Source: an uncultured Gemmataceae bacterium (GTDB lineage Bacteria; Planctomycetota; Planctomycetia; Gemmatales; Gemmataceae). From it: a stretch of 64,000 bases of DNA. This document shows positions 19,623-30,735 of this stretch, piece by piece (position 1 is the stretch's first letter; every line of letters starts with the position of its first letter). The position numbers were made by a program, and so were the translations under genes. The stretch is from NCBI GenBank assembly GCA_963750165.1, contig CAVVPN010000011.1:768001-832000 (forward strand), written 5' to 3'. The notes below the pieces were generated by a model. That model was not told the origin of the DNA and did no database searches. It worked only from the letters and a program-made list of their open reading frames with translations.

Positions 19623-21047
19623 TCACCGGGAGGAGTTTCCCTGGGAGGGGTGGATCATTTGCAACCGCCGAGTTGGGCGGCCCCCTTTGCTGGTCGCGGG
19701 AATCTGTTCCCAGGTGGCCTTGCCAGCATCGACCAGCCCCTGCAGGGCCGCGTCGGCGAGTTCAGCGGTCGGGTATCGTTCTTTCTGAAGGCTCTGAAGT
19801 TCGGCCGCGCGGATGCCGCCCCCGCGCTTTTGGATGTACTCCTCCAGGGACCAGGGTTTCTTGGCGGCGGCCGGCTGGGCGAGGAGGGCGTACAATCGCC
19901 GGGCCTCGGCGGCGAACCAGCGGCAGAGGGTGATGCCGGCCTCCACGCTTTCCAGGCCGACCGGGACCAGGTCAGACTGGTTGCGGGCCACTTGCCCGGC
20001 GACGTGGTGGACCAAGGCCAGGCGGGCGGCGGCCCCCTCGAACTTGGCCAGGGCCGCTTGCATGGGGCCGTCGGCGTTGATCTGCTCCCCGGCCCATTCG
20101 TTGTAGAACCGGGCCCAACTCGCCTGGGCCTCGTCGTCCAGCAACAAGGCGTGGGGTTGGCTCCCCTCGGCGTTGGGGTCGAAGTCGAGGTCGAGGAGCC
20201 GTTCCAGGAGCTGCTTGAAAGCGTTGCGGACCTCGGGGGCCACCACTGCTTTCGACCATTGCTTGCGTTGCGGGGGCGGCATGGCCATAAGGAGCCGGGC
20301 CGGCAAACCGGCTTCCAGGTTCTCCGGGGTCAATGCCCGTTGCAGGGTGCCAGGCTGAATGGTCCCGGTGACCGACACCACGGCGCGGCGGACGCGGATG
20401 TGGGGAGGCTTCGCCGCCTTCCGGTCCACTTTGATGCCCCGGCCGCCGTGGATTTCGAGCCAGCTGTGCAGGTCGCTGCCACGGCTCCGGTAGCGCTGGA
20501 AAGAGTCGAACCAGGTGGCCAGTTCGTCGCGCGCCAGCAGGAGGCCGCGGGGGTTTTTCTGCAACAGGACCGCCACCTGTTCGATGGTGATGTCGCCCAT
20601 GAGGACGCGCCGGGGGGCGGGCGGGTCGGTGTCGTCGTCCCCGGCCCGGCCGTGTTCCTGCTCGAATTGCTGGTACAAGGCGTCCTCGATCTCCGCCAGG
20701 CAGAGCAGCGACTGGTCGAGGGCCGGCGACTTGAGTTGGCCGCTATCAGCCACGGTCACCGCCCAGAGGATGGCCGGCTCCTGCCAACCTTCCTTGAGTT
20801 GGAGAACGCGCGTCGCCCCGATCGCCGAGGCGGTGACCGCCAGCATGGGGAGTGCCACCAGGGAGACGTCGCAGCCGAGCGCCCTGGCTGCCTGGACGGC
20901 AAAGGCGGCGAGGGGCTCGGGTAGGGCTTCGACGGGGAAGGGGCGATAGCCTGACGGCGCTGGAATCGGAATGCTGGTGATCGGCACGGCCCCGGTGTTG
21001 ACCGGGCTGGCCTTGAATTGGGGCCGAGTGATTGCTTTACTGGACAT
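19623..21047 (-). CDS. DUF3987/YfjI-family protein (island replication-associated)
   Basis: FPVEALP..., WQEPAILW, Walker-A-like ADSGQLKSPA, LLARDELATW, GTIQP, GLPARLL. Confidence 0.88.
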   Translation of the reverse strand: MSSKAITRPQFKASPVNTGAVPITSIPIPAPSGYRPFPVEALPEPLAAFAVQAARALGCDVSLVALPMLAVTASAIGATRVLQLKEGWQEPAILWAVTVADSGQLKSPALDQSLLCLAEIEDALYQQFEQEHGRAGDDDTDPPAPRRVLMGDITIEQVAVLLQKNPRGLLLARDELATWFDSFQRYRSRGSDLHSWLEIHGGRGIKVDRKAAKPPHIRVRRAVVSVTGTIQPGTLQRALTPENLEAGLPARLLMAMPPPQRKQWSKAVVAPEVRNAFKQLLERLLDLDFDPNAEGSQPHALLLDDEAQASWARFYNEWAGEQINADGPMQAALAKFEGAAARLALVHHVAGQVARNQSDLVPVGLESVEAGITLCRWFAAEARRLYALLAQPAAAKKPWSLEEYIQKRGGGIRAAELQSLQKERYPTAELADAALQGLVDAGKATWEQIPATSKGGRPTRRLQMIHPSQGNSSR

Positions 21048-21105
21048 GGCGAATCCTCAATATGGCCGGCTGGGCGAGTAACGGCGCTCCACCGGCCGTT
21101 TCATT

Positions 21106-21369
21106 TCACCCCTGCGGCGAACAGTTCACGGCTTCCCCCTGGCCGTCAGCCGGGGCGGCGGTATCCGGATCGGGTTTGGCTTCGATCGTGGAGCGCAGCA
21201 CCAATGCCTCGACGGCCTTCCAGTTGATCCGGCGCGACCGGCCCAACTTCACGAAGGCCAGCTGGCCCCGGTCCATCATCAAATACAATTTGGCGACGGA
21301 AAGCCGCAGGTAGGCGGCCGCCTCTTTCACGGTGGCCAACCCACGTCCAACCATTTCCAGGGTTTCCAC
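21106..21369 (-). CDS. Excisionase-like HTH protein
   Basis: LATVKEAAAYLRLSVAKLYLMMDRGQL..VKLGRSRRI. Confidence 0.88.
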   Translation of the reverse strand: METLEMVGRGLATVKEAAAYLRLSVAKLYLMMDRGQLAFVKLGRSRRINWKAVEALVLRSTIEAKPDPDTAAPADGQGEAVNCSPQG

Positions 21370-21415
21370 GGAATCTCCTTGTGTTTGTCAGAGTGCCCGG
21401 GTAGAATGGAGTCTA

Positions 21416-21437
21416 TTAGAGTCACAAAAGACTCTAA
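21416..21437. promoter_or_regulatory. Palindromic operator between the divergent xis and regulator genes
   Basis: TTAGAGTC-acaaaa-GACTCTAA, a perfect 8-bp inverted repeat. Confidence 0.55.
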
Positions 21438-21506
21438 AAGAATCTTGGCAGCTGATGGGAACTGTGACAAGCCTGGAAAGGCAAGACGACGAGAAAGGAA
21501 GGAGAG

Positions 21507-21899
21507 ATGGGTAAGAAAAATCCGAAGGCAACGAAGGCGCGGAGCGGACAAATCACACTGCGGGTTTCCCCGGAACAGCATGGGGAGTTGGTCGCGATTG
21601 CGGATGGGCTGGGCCTCGATGTCAACGGGTTGCTCCGGCTGATGATCGGCAGGACCATTGAGCACTTCCGGCTGGAAGCGATGCTGTTGCAGGAACAAGG
21701 GCAAGAGAACCTGAACCTGCTCAACCTCTGGAAGCAAGATAATCCGGGCAAGCCGATTCGTGAGTTTTGGGACCACTACTGGACGTACTGGGCGGCCAAG
21801 CGCGGGAAACAGGCATGGGAGTCAGGCCGCGGCTTCAACTTTGAGACGGCCGAGCAGCTGGCCCGGCAAGCGGCCGGGGGAAAGGAAGGTGAATCATGA
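21507..21899 (+). CDS. Ribbon-helix-helix (HicB-C-like) regulator coupled to the integrase
   Basis: SGQITLRVSPEQHGELVAIADGLGLDVNGLLR; ATGA overlap with the integrase. Confidence 0.7.
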   Translation: MGKKNPKATKARSGQITLRVSPEQHGELVAIADGLGLDVNGLLRLMIGRTIEHFRLEAMLLQEQGQENLNLLNLWKQDNPGKPIREFWDHYWTYWAAKRGKQAWESGRGFNFETAEQLARQAAGGKEGES

Positions 21900-23065
21900 G
21901 CAACCGCAAGCGGCGTGGGCGCGGCGAGGGGAGCATTGAGGTGCGCCCCAACGGCAAGTTTCGGGCGGTCGTCAGTGCCGGGAAAGACCCGGTCACCGGG
22001 AAGCGCGTGAAGATCAAACGCGATTTCGACACCAAGAGCGAAGCGCTCGCTTTCCGGGACGAGGCGCTGCGCCAGCTCCGGGCCGGCGTGGCGCCGACCA
22101 CGAACCGGGCCATCCTGTCGGACTGGCTCAAGCAATGGCTGGAGAAGGTCAAGCCGCAGCTGGCGACGCACAGTTACCTGGCCTACGAACGCGACGTGAA
22201 CAAGGCGCTGATTCCGCACCTGGGCAACCGGCTGTTGCGCAACCTGAACGCGCTGCAGATCGAAGCGGCCTATGCCAAGATGCAGGAAGCGGGCATCTCG
22301 GCCAAGATGGTTCGCAAGGCCGCGGTGACGCTCGGCGTGGCGCTGCAGTACGCGGTGAAACACAAATACCTGGCGATGAACCCGGCCCGGATCGCGGACA
22401 AGCCCCGGGTGCAGCAACGGGCCTCCACCGAGTTGCGGGTACTCGACCCGGATCAGGTCCGGCGCTTTCTCGACGAAGCGGCCGCGGATCGGTTCCACGC
22501 GCTGTTTGTGCTCTGGCTGGACAGCGGCGCCCGCGAGGGCGAGTTGTTCGCGTTGCACTGGCCCGACATCGATTGGAACGGGTCGGCGATCACGATTACC
22601 AAGGCCCTTGAGGAAGCCAAGGGGCGGCACCAGCTGAAAGAGCTGAAGACGGAGAAAAGCCGCCGGCGGATCATCATTGGCGCATATGCGCTCGACGCGC
22701 TCGCCGAGCACCGCAAGCGGATGCTGGCGGAAGGGCGGGACGTGCGAACGGGGCTCGTCTTCTGTGACAGCCAGGGCGGCTTTCTCCGGTCCAGCAACTT
22801 CCAGCGGCGACACTTCGACCAGATTCTTGCGCGTGCCGGGTTGCCGGACATTCGGCCCTACGATCTGCGGCACACCTGCGCCAGCCTGCTGTTGCTGGCG
22901 GGCGAGGATACGAAGGTCGTGAGCGAGCGGTTGGGGCACTCGACCACGCGCCTCACGCAGGACACCTATCAGCACGTGCTGCCAGGGATGCAGGCGCGGG
23001 CGGCGGCGAAAATCAACGCGATTCTGCAAGGAGCGGGGGCCGCTGCGGGCAAGAAGGCCGAATGA
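21896..23065 (+). CDS. int: Tyrosine integrase
   Basis: N-terminal arm-binding RGRGEGSI; catalytic GAREGEL, YDLRHT, ERLGH, DTYQH. Confidence 0.96.
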   Translation: MSNRKRRGRGEGSIEVRPNGKFRAVVSAGKDPVTGKRVKIKRDFDTKSEALAFRDEALRQLRAGVAPTTNRAILSDWLKQWLEKVKPQLATHSYLAYERDVNKALIPHLGNRLLRNLNALQIEAAYAKMQEAGISAKMVRKAAVTLGVALQYAVKHKYLAMNPARIADKPRVQQRASTELRVLDPDQVRRFLDEAAADRFHALFVLWLDSGAREGELFALHWPDIDWNGSAITITKALEEAKGRHQLKELKTEKSRRRIIIGAYALDALAEHRKRMLAEGRDVRTGLVFCDSQGGFLRSSNFQRRHFDQILARAGLPDIRPYDLRHTCASLLLLAGEDTKVVSERLGHSTTRLTQDTYQHVLPGMQARAAAKINAILQGAGAAAGKKAE

Positions 23066-23208
23066 GATCAGCACTCCCGGGGGACAACCGGGGGACTAAC
23101 GGTCTGGAAAATGGTAAAAATGTGTAGATGATGCTGGAACAGTGATTGCTGCAAGTGTCACATTTGCAATGCGTTATAGAAAACCGTGGAAGGTGATAGA
23201 ATGTTCAG

Positions 23209-23258
23209 GAAGGACTGAAAATCCTTAGGTCGCCGGTTCGATCCCGGCTCTGTCCACT
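23209..23258 (+). repeat. att site: duplicated 3' two-thirds of tRNA-Phe
   Basis: Identical to 10937-10986. Confidence 0.95.
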
Positions 23259-24087
23259 TTGGAATGACACAAGTCAAATATTATCAATAGTTTATGATGA
23301 TACCAATCGGTGTTAATTTGTTCATATTTTTACGGTGCCAGTATCCATTGATAGGATTCCGCCCAAAAATGGGCCTATGGTGATTCCCTGTAAGCGTTTT
23401 TTCCGCAAAAAGTCCCGCAATCCGCTCGGCCAATCCTCCGTAGATTCTTCGCTCACCGGCCAATCAGGACGCACCGTCCGAGGGTTAGCAGGTACTACAC
23501 GCGTTTTTTCGGGCCGCTCGTCACGCTCAAGCCGAGGCGTTAGGTTTGAGAACCTGCATCGGCGTGTCGGCCCGCCGCAGGTTGAGCAGTCCGGCTGGCG
23601 CGCATCGGTGGTTAGGACCGGAGTGCGCAACGTTGTTGTGCTATCGATCAAGCCTTGGGGGGCAAGGAAAACCAACTTCCCAGGTTTCGCCGTGCGGCGC
23701 CGCGGCGCGCAGGGCGGCGCCACGTACGGGTGGTTCCGCGCGCCGGAGTTGGCGGTGACGAGTGAAGACTGGGAGTGTCAGGCGCTACCGTTGGGAAGCA
23801 AGGCCGTCAAGACCGCCAACTTTTTGCGCGAGCCCAGGCCTGGCGGCCTTGCCCCCCTCCCCGGACCCTGCCTGGCACGCCGGGGCGCTCCCCCAGGCCC
23901 TCCGGGGGCACCGCACCAGCACCCCGCCACCGCGGCTTCGGGCCAAGGTTCGTGGGCCAGGACGCGCCAGGAATCCTGGGCAGTGGTGGTTCGGGGCCTC
24001 CTTTGCAAGATTTAAAGCCTTTGATTGATGGCCGTGCGGCGAATAGCATAGCGCGGATGCCTCGTGAAAGCCGGAGGGCCCCGGTCG

Positions 24088-24663
24088 ATGAACGACGTCA
24101 CCCGCATCCTGTCGGCCATCGAGAACGGCGACTTGCACGACGCCGACCAACTGCTCCCGCTCGTCTACGACGAGCTGCGCCGGCTGGCGGCGCACCGGTT
24201 GGCCCAGGAGAAGCCCGGCCAGACCCTGCAGCCCACGGCACTGGTTCACGAGGCGTACCTGCGCCTGGTGGATGTGGAGCAGGCCCAGCACTTCAACAGC
24301 CGCGGCCACTTCTTCGCCGCCGCCGCGGAGGCCATGCGCCGCATCCTCGTCGAACAGGCCCGCCGCAAGGGCCGGCACAAGCACGGCGGCGGACGGCAGC
24401 GCGTCCCCCTGGAACCCGCCCAGCCGGCCCAACGCGACGAGGCCGCCGAACTCCTCGCCATCCATGACGCCCTGGACAAACTCGCCGCCGAGGACCCGCA
24501 GGCCGCGCAACTCGTCCAGTTGCGCTACTTCGCCGGCCTCTCCGTCGAGGAAGCGGCCGAGAGCCTGGGCCTGCCCCGTTCCACCGCTTACGTCCACTGG
24601 TCCTACGCCCGGGCCAGCCTGCGCGTCTTGCTCGACAACGACCCGGACGGACTCCCCTCCTGA
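24088..24663 (+). CDS. ECF-type sigma factor (TIGR02999-like)
   Basis: VTRILSAI..LLPLVYDELRRLAA..PGQTLQPTALVHEAYLRL..FAAAAEAMRRIL..LRYFAGL. Confidence 0.95.
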   Translation: MNDVTRILSAIENGDLHDADQLLPLVYDELRRLAAHRLAQEKPGQTLQPTALVHEAYLRLVDVEQAQHFNSRGHFFAAAAEAMRRILVEQARRKGRHKHGGGRQRVPLEPAQPAQRDEAAELLAIHDALDKLAAEDPQAAQLVQLRYFAGLSVEEAAESLGLPRSTAYVHWSYARASLRVLLDNDPDGLPS

Positions 24664-24728
24664 GATTTTTTGGACAATTCGGCGCCAGTAGTCGCACTGT
24701 GAGGTGACGCCCCGGAGGTAATTCCGCC

Positions 24729-27700
24729 ATGAATGCCGATCAGGTCCGTGCGATCTTCATCGAACTGGTGGCCCAGGTGCCCCCCGAGCAGTGGGACGCG
24801 CGCCTCGCCGAACTCGCAGGGGACGACGAGGAGGTGCGCGGCAAGGTGGCGGCGCTGCTGGCGGCGCACCGTAAGGCCGACAGCTTCCTCGAACGGCCCG
24901 CGGCTCCCCTCGCCGGCACCGTTGATGAACCCCCGGCCGCCGCCGTGCCCCCCGCCAGGGGCGCCGCCCCGGAGGAAACCCCCGGGACCGTGCTGGCCGG
25001 CCGCTACAAGCTGGTGGAGGCCATCGGCGAGGGCGGCATGGGGACCGTCTGGATGGCCCAGCAGACCGCGCCGGTCAAGCGTTTGGTGGCGGTTAAGCTC
25101 ATCAAGGCGGGGATGGACAGCAAGCAGGTGCTGGCCCGCTTCGCGGCGGAGCGGCAGGCGCTGGCGCTGATGGACCACCCCAACATCGCCCGGGTTTTCG
25201 ACGCCGGCACCACCGAGAGCGGCCGGCCGTACTTCGTCATGGAACTGGTCAAGGGCGTGCCGCTCACCGCCTACTGCGACCAGCAGCGCCTGACGCCGCG
25301 GCAGCGCCTGGAGTTGTTCGTGCCGGTGTGCCAGGCCATCCAGCACGCGCACCAGAAGGGCGTCATCCACCGCGACATCAAACCCAGCAATGTGCTGGTG
25401 GCGCTGTACGACGGCAAGCCGGTGCCCAAGGTGATCGATTTCGGCATCGCCAAGGCGACCGGGCCGCAGTTGACCGACCACACGCTGGTCACCGGCTTCG
25501 GCGCCATGGTCGGCACGCTGGAGTACATGAGCCCCGAGCAGGCCGAGCGCAACCAGCTGGACATCGACACGCGCAGCGACGTCTACGCGCTCGGCGTGCT
25601 GCTGTACGAGTTGCTGACGGGCACGACGCCGCTGCACCGTAAGCGCCTGAAGCAGGCGGCGGTGCTGGAACTGCTGCGCATCATCCGCGAGGAGGAACCC
25701 CAGCGGCCGAGCACGCGGTTGAGTGAGTCGAAGGAGTCGCTGCCGTCGATCTCGGCGCAGCGGCAGATGGAGCCTGCGAAGCTAACGCGGTTGGTGCGCG
25801 GCGAGCTGGACTGGATCGTGATGAAGGCGCTGGACAAGGACCGCAACCGCCGCTACGAGACGGCCAACGGCTTCGCGCTGGAGGTGCAGCGCTACCTCAG
25901 CGACGAGCCGGTGCTGGCCTGCCCGCCGTCGGTGGGCTACCGCTTCCGCAAGTTTGCGCGGCGGAACAAGGGTAGTCTCGCGGTGGCCGCCGGGTTGTGC
26001 CTGGCCGTGACGGTGGCGCTGGTCGCCTCGGTGGTCGCGTTCTTCCTGGTGAGCGACTCGCGGGACCAAGAGCGGGAGCAACGCCTCAAGGCGGTCGAAC
26101 TGGCCGAGCAAAAGAACCTGCTGGCCATCAAGGAAGAAGGGGCCAGAAAGGAGTCCGACCAGCGCCGCATCCTGGCGGAAAAACTGGCCGAGGCCAACAA
26201 AATGCTCGCCAAGGAGGAGGCGAATGCCCGCGCGGACGCCGACAAGCGCCGCCGGGAAGCCGAAGCCGCCGAAAAACAACGGGCCAAACAACTGCTGCGC
26301 GCCGAAAGCCTCCTGAACATCGTCCACGTTACTCAAGCCAACGACTACCTCCAGAAATTTGACCTCGTCGGCTGCCGCCTGGCCCTGGACGAGACGCGCT
26401 GGGATTTGCGTGGCCCGGAATATGGCTACCTCGTCAAGCAACTGGACAAAAAAGCGCGAACCTTGTTCGGCCACACGGGCGCGGTCAATTGCCTGGCGTT
26501 AGCGGCGGACGGCAAGCGCCTGTTCTCGGGTGGCGGTTCCAAGGACGGCACCATCAAGGTGTGGGACGTGGAGACGGGCAAGGAAACCCTGACCATGCTC
26601 GGCCACACGGACGGGGTCTTTAGCTTGGCGTTGTCGGCGGACGGCAAGCACCTGTTCTCGGGCGGAGGTGATAAGACCATCAAGGTGTGGGACCTGGAGT
26701 CGGGCAAGGAAACCCTCACCCTGAACGGCCACACGGGCTCGGTCTTGAGCCTGGCGTTAGCAGCGAACGGCAAGCGCCTGTTCTCGGGCGGCGGCGACAG
26801 GACCATCAAGGTGTGGGACCTGGAGTCGGGCAAGGAAACCCTCACCCTCCGCGGCCACCCGGGTCCGGTCTTTATCCTGGCGTTAGCGGCGGATGGCAAG
26901 CGCCTGTTCTCGAGTGGCTACGACAGCAGCAGCACCGTCAAGGTGTGGGATCTGGAGGCGGGTAAGGAAATCCTCACCCTGCGCGGCCATAGGGGCACGG
27001 TCAGGAGCCTGGCGTTGTCGGCAGACGGCAAACGCCTGTTCACCGGGAGTGCGTCCGTTCAAACTCCCGGGGAGATCAAGGTGTGGGACCTGGAGGCGGG
27101 CAAGGAAACCCTCACCCTCCGCGGCCACACGGAGTGGGTCACTTGCCTGGCGTTGTCGGCGGACAGCAAGCGCCTGTTCTCGGGCGGTGGCCTCCAGGAC
27201 GGCACCATCAAGGTGTGGGACCTGGAGACGGGCAAGGAAACCCTGACCATGCTCGGCCACACGGACGGGGTCTTTAGCTTGGCGGTGTCGGCGGACGGCA
27301 AGCGCCTGTTCTCGGGCGGAGGTGATAAGACCATCAAGGTGTGGGACCTGGAGGCGGGCAAGGAAGCCCGCACCCTCCGCGGCCACACGGGCACGGTCAG
27401 GAGCCTGGCGTTAGCTGCGGACGGTAAACGACTGTTCTCGTACGGGGTCGGCTTTCAGCACGACACCATCCAGGTGTGGGACCTGGAGGCGGGCAAGGTA
27501 GCCCTGACCCTGAACACGGCCCCCAAATTGTCAGGGGCACTTGCCTGGCGTTGTCGGCGGACGGCAAGCGGCTGTTCTCCGACATCGGCGGCCACAGCAT
27601 CAAGGTGTGGGACCTGGAGGCGGGCAAGGGACCCCGCACCCTGCGCGGCCACACGAAAGGGGTCACATGCTTGGCGTTGTCGGCGGACGGCAAGCGCCTG

Positions 27701-29182
27701 GTCTCGGGCGGCGGCGACAGGACCTTCAAGGTGTGGGACCTGGAGGCGGACAAGGAAACCCTCACCCTGCGCGGCCACACGTTCGGGGTCACTCGCCTGG
27801 CGTTGTCGGCGGACGGCAAGCGACTGGTCTCGGGCGGCGGCGACAACACCATCAAGGTGTGGGACTTGGAGGCGGGCAAGGAAACCCTCACCCTTCGCGG
27901 CCACACGGGCCCGGTCAGGTGCCTGGCGTTAGCGGCGGACGGCAAGAGGCTGTTCTCGGGTGGCCAGGATAATACCATCCGGGTGTGGGACCTGGAGGCG
28001 GGCAAGGAAGAATGCACGCTCCGCGGCCACACGGGCGAGGTCTTTAGCCTGGCGTTGTCGGCAGACGGCAAGCGGTTGTTCTCGGGCAGCAACGACAAGA
28101 CCATCAAGTTGTGGGATCTGGAGGCGGGCAAGGAAGCCCTCACCCTGACCGGCCACACGGGCGCGGTCAGGAGCCTGGCGTTAGCTGCGGACGGTAAACG
28201 ACTGTTCTCGGGTGGCGGCCCCATCGGTAACGGCCCCATCGACGGCACCATCAAGGTGTGGGACCTGGACCCGGGCAAGGAAGCCCTCGCCCTCCGCGGC
28301 CAAACGGGCGGAGTCTGCGACCTGGCGGTGTCGGCAGACGGCAAGCGGTTGTTCTCGGGCGGCGGCGACGACACGATCAAGGTGTGGGACCTGGAGGCGG
28401 GTAGGGAAGCCCTCACCCTGCGCGGCCACACGGGCCGGGTCAGGAGCCTGGCATTGTCGCCGGACGGCAAGCGGCTGTTCTCGGGGGGCGGGGGCCTTGG
28501 CAAGCCCGCCGAGATCAAGGTGTGGGACCTGGAAGTGGGCAAGGACACCCGCACCCTCCGCGGCCACACGGGCGAGGTCAACAGCCTGGCGGTGTCGGCC
28601 GACGGCAAGCGGCTGTTCTCCGCCAGCGACGACAAGACCATCAAGGTGTGGGACCCGGAGACGGGCAAGGAAGAACGCCCCCTGACCGGCCACACGGGCG
28701 GGGTCTGGTGCCTGACGGTGTCGGCCGATGGCAAGCGGCTATTCTCGGGTAGCAAGGACAAGACCATCAAGGTGTGGGACCTGGAGGCAGGCAAGGTAAT
28801 CCGCACCCTAACCGGCCACGCGGGCGGGGTCAGGAGCCTGGCGCTGTCGGCCGACGGTAAACGGCTGTTCTCGGGCAGCGACGACAAGACCATCAAGGTG
28901 TGGGACATGGAGGGGGGCAAGGAACCGCTGACCCTGCGCGGCCACACGGACGGGGTCAATCGCCTGGCGTTGTCGGCGGACGGCAAGCGGCTGTTCTCGG
29001 GCGGCGACAGCACCATCAGGGTGTGGGACCTGGAGACGGGCAAGGAAGCCCTGACCCTGCGCGGCCACACGGACAGGGTCTGGAGTCTGGCGCTGTCGGC
29101 CGACGGGAAACGGCTGTTCTCGGGCGGCGGCCCCAACGACAACACCATCAAGGTGTGGGATTTAAAGCAGTGGGTCCCCTGA
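24729..29182 (+). CDS. Ser/Thr kinase with TM, coiled coil and 21 WD40 repeats; frameshift near 27535
   Basis: GEGGMG, VAVK, HRDIKPSN, DFG, YMSPE motifs. WD repeats continue from ORF 24729..27932 into ORF 27476..29182. Confidence 0.92.
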
Positions 29183-29397
29183 AAACCTGGAAAGTCCGCG
29201 ACATTCGGGAGGCGGCTTGATGACCAGGCCCGTGGGGCCGACTCCAGGCCATCCCGGCGGAGACCACGCGGCGATGAACAGGCACCCCAACTCGATCGCC
29301 CGCAGCCTCGGCCCGCTCGTCGAGCAGGTGCTCGCGCGTGCAAGCCGCCCGCCCGTCCGCCGCCGCCAGCGTCAACGCGCTCCAGGTAGAGCGAGTC

Positions 29398-29560
29398 TGC
29401 ACGGCTTCAATCGTGGCGCGGCCGCGGCCGTCGATCATTTCATCGCCAGCCAGTTGAGCCTGCTCGATGAGTTCGACCAAGGGGAGGAGATGCTGGCCTT
29501 CCTTTTTGAGAACTGGGGCGAGGGCCTGACTGTTCGAGCGATCGGAACCCTCGTACTCTA
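29398..29560 (-). pseudogene. Possible IS256-like transposase N-terminal remnant
   Basis: Minus frame reads SQALAPVLKKEGQHLLPLVELIEQAQLAGDEMIDGRGRATIEAV, recalled as an IS256-type N-terminus. Confidence 0.4.
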
Positions 29561-29696
29561 CCAGTGTGTCGGCTCCTTTCGTGAGACGTCGGCATCCGCC
29601 TGATGGTTCCGTTAGGCCGATCGGAGCCGTCGCTCTTCATGGAACCATGAGATGGGGAAGGGACACTCTCGTCCCGTGAATTTCCAAGAGACGACC

Positions 29697-30701
29697 ATGA
29701 ATCGTTCATCCCGGCAGTTTCGAACCGCCCTGCTCGCTTTCGCATTCCTGGCTCTCTCAGCCACGGCAATCGCTGAGGATGGGCAGAAACCGGCACAACC
29801 CGCCAACGACCAGGAGGGGAGACTCAAGCCCGTGAAGGTGTTCATCCTGGCCGGGCAGTCGAACATGGAAGGGCAAGGGTTCATCAAGGCCGACCCGCGG
29901 CGCAACGGCGGCAAGGGGAGTCTGGAGTTCCTCGTCAAGGATTCAGCCACGGCGGACAAGTTCAAGCACCTCGTGGATAGGGACGGCAAGTGGGTCGTGC
30001 GCGACGATGTCTGGATTCACTATCTGGGCCGTAAGGGCAAGCTCACGGTGGGCTACGGGGCCAAGGAAGACCGGATCGGGCCGGAACTCGGGTTCGGCCA
30101 CGTGATCGGTGACGCCTTTGAGGAACCCGTTCTGCTCATCAAGCTCGCCTGGGGCGGGAAGAGCCTCGCCAGGGACTTCCGCCCGCCGAATTCGGGCGGC
30201 GAGGTCGGGCCGTACTACAAGGAGATCGTCGAGAGGACGAAGGCCGTGTTGAAAGACCTGAAGAAGGAGTTCCCGGGGTTCGGCGAACGCGGGTACGAGC
30301 TGGCCGGGTTCGGCTGGCACCAGGGGTGGAACGACCGCATCAACCAAGCGTTCAACGACGAGTACGAGAAGAACCTGGCCAACTTCATCCGCGACCTCCG
30401 CAAGGACCTCGGGGTGAAGAACCTCCCCTTCGTGATCGCAGAGACCGGGATGAGCGGTCCGGAGGAGAAACACCCCCGGGCGTTGTCCCTGATGAAAGCC
30501 CAGGCGGCGGTGGCCGAGTACGAGGAATTTAAGGGGAACGTGGCGTTCGTCGGGACGAAGGCCTTCTGGCGGGACAAGAGCGTGTCGCCGACCGGTCAAG
30601 CGTACCACTGGAACACCAACGCCGAGACCTACTACCTCATTGGCGAGGCGATGGGCATTGCCATGAAGAAGCTGTGCGTCGCGAAGCCTCCAGCCAAGTG
30701 A
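29697..30701 (+). CDS. Secreted sialate O-acetylesterase-domain (SASA) protein
   Basis: Signal peptide; VFILAGQSNM, IGPELGFG, KLAWGGKSL, WHQGWND. Confidence 0.9.
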   Translation: MNRSSRQFRTALLAFAFLALSATAIAEDGQKPAQPANDQEGRLKPVKVFILAGQSNMEGQGFIKADPRRNGGKGSLEFLVKDSATADKFKHLVDRDGKWVVRDDVWIHYLGRKGKLTVGYGAKEDRIGPELGFGHVIGDAFEEPVLLIKLAWGGKSLARDFRPPNSGGEVGPYYKEIVERTKAVLKDLKKEFPGFGERGYELAGFGWHQGWNDRINQAFNDEYEKNLANFIRDLRKDLGVKNLPFVIAETGMSGPEEKHPRALSLMKAQAAVAEYEEFKGNVAFVGTKAFWRDKSVSPTGQAYHWNTNAETYYLIGEAMGIAMKKLCVAKPPAK

Positions 30702-30735
30702 GTTGAATTGTTGCTCCAACCCCCGGAGGCTTCCA

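Larger units (their letters stand above)
10937..23258. mobile_element. Integrative island at tRNA-Phe (~12.3 kb)
   Basis: Identical 50-bp direct repeat at 10937-10986 and 23209-23258; tyrosine integrase, Xis-like HTH and DUF3987 lie inside. Confidence 0.93.

Noticed and set aside
23209..23258. Second tRNA-Phe gene
   Set aside because: It lacks the 5' acceptor strand and D-arm; it is the att duplication.
26460..29182. CRISPR-like periodic repeats
   Set aside because: The ~126-bp units are in-frame WD40 coding repeats; there are no unique spacers and no cas genes.
29217..29603. 128-aa plus-strand gene
   Set aside because: No motif; the opposite strand better resembles a transposase remnant.
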